Part shown: in pieces, positions 63,516 through 64,000 of the stretch
Position numbering within the stretch: the first letter of the stretch is position 1
Layout: each line of letters starts with the position of its first letter
Origin: Octopus sinensis
Lineage: Eukaryota
Assembly: GCF_006345805.1 (NCBI RefSeq)
Contig: NC_043010.1
Location: forward strand, 45,198,001 to 45,262,000
Direction of reading: 5' to 3'
Length of the DNA: 64,000 bases
Made by a program: the position numbers and the translations under genes
Notes under the pieces: generated by a model
Databases searched by the model: none
Seen by the model: the letters and a program-made list of their open reading frames with translations, nothing else
What the model was told of the DNA's origin: nothing

Positions 63516-64000
63516 CCATACATACATACATACATACATACAAACAAAAATACATACATACACACGCACACATGTATGTATGTATTATACACACATACGT
63601 GCGTGTATGTGTGTGTGTATGTATGTGTGTGCGCGCGTGTATGTGTCATTCCCACCGATCTTGTTACAAAATGGAAAGAGAATTAAACAAAACCGGTTGG
63701 TGGTATGAAATCGTCACTTGGATCAGCACCACCCGCTCACTCCCGGATACTTTTAGTGAAAAAACATTCTGTGGCAATCATCTGGACCAAGTTTCCGGTG
63801 TCAGAATAACTTGATTTCTTGATGCACTTCCTTCTACTGCAGTGACTCATGAGTTGTGGTTTCTCCCTCCCTGCTTCAAGATCAGTCTTGGGCATCCTGT
63901 AAGGATCAGAAGCAGTCCCCTTTTTTTTCTCTGGTTAAGTAATAAAAAGAACAAAAACCTCAGTGATTATAAGGAGGTGTACCTCTTTTTTTTATTTTCA

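Overview
AT-rich, repeat-saturated animal genomic DNA (intergenic or deep intronic). I found no host protein-coding gene, tRNA gene or rRNA gene. Nearly all ORFs in the supplied track are translations of (TA)n/(CA)n/(TACA)n/(TAA)n microsatellites or decayed transposon ORFs. The SINE families and microsatellite load resemble an Octopus genome (inference from recalled repeat families, not a database search). Content: at least four tRNA-derived SINE families; several Penelope-like element (PLE) fragments (RT, GIY-YIG, pseudo-LTRs); restriction-like-endonuclease LINE 3' ends (R4/Dong-like, HERO-like); CR1/L2 and L1/Tx1-like fragments; mariner and DD37D transposons; Helitrons; and MITEs. The most notable structure is an apparently perfect 225-bp-arm palindrome (16146-16601) carrying a complete minimal hammerhead ribozyme motif in each arm, next to a second 156-bp-arm palindrome. 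Other structures of interest are a family of short hammerhead-bearing pseudo-LTRs, a 1.9-kb SINE-derived satellite with a 4-unit higher-order repeat and its single-copy seed elsewhere in the window, a head-to-tail Helitron dimer, and a 555-bp element found between (TAA)n arrays. Coordinates were counted by hand; ends of decayed elements are approximate.
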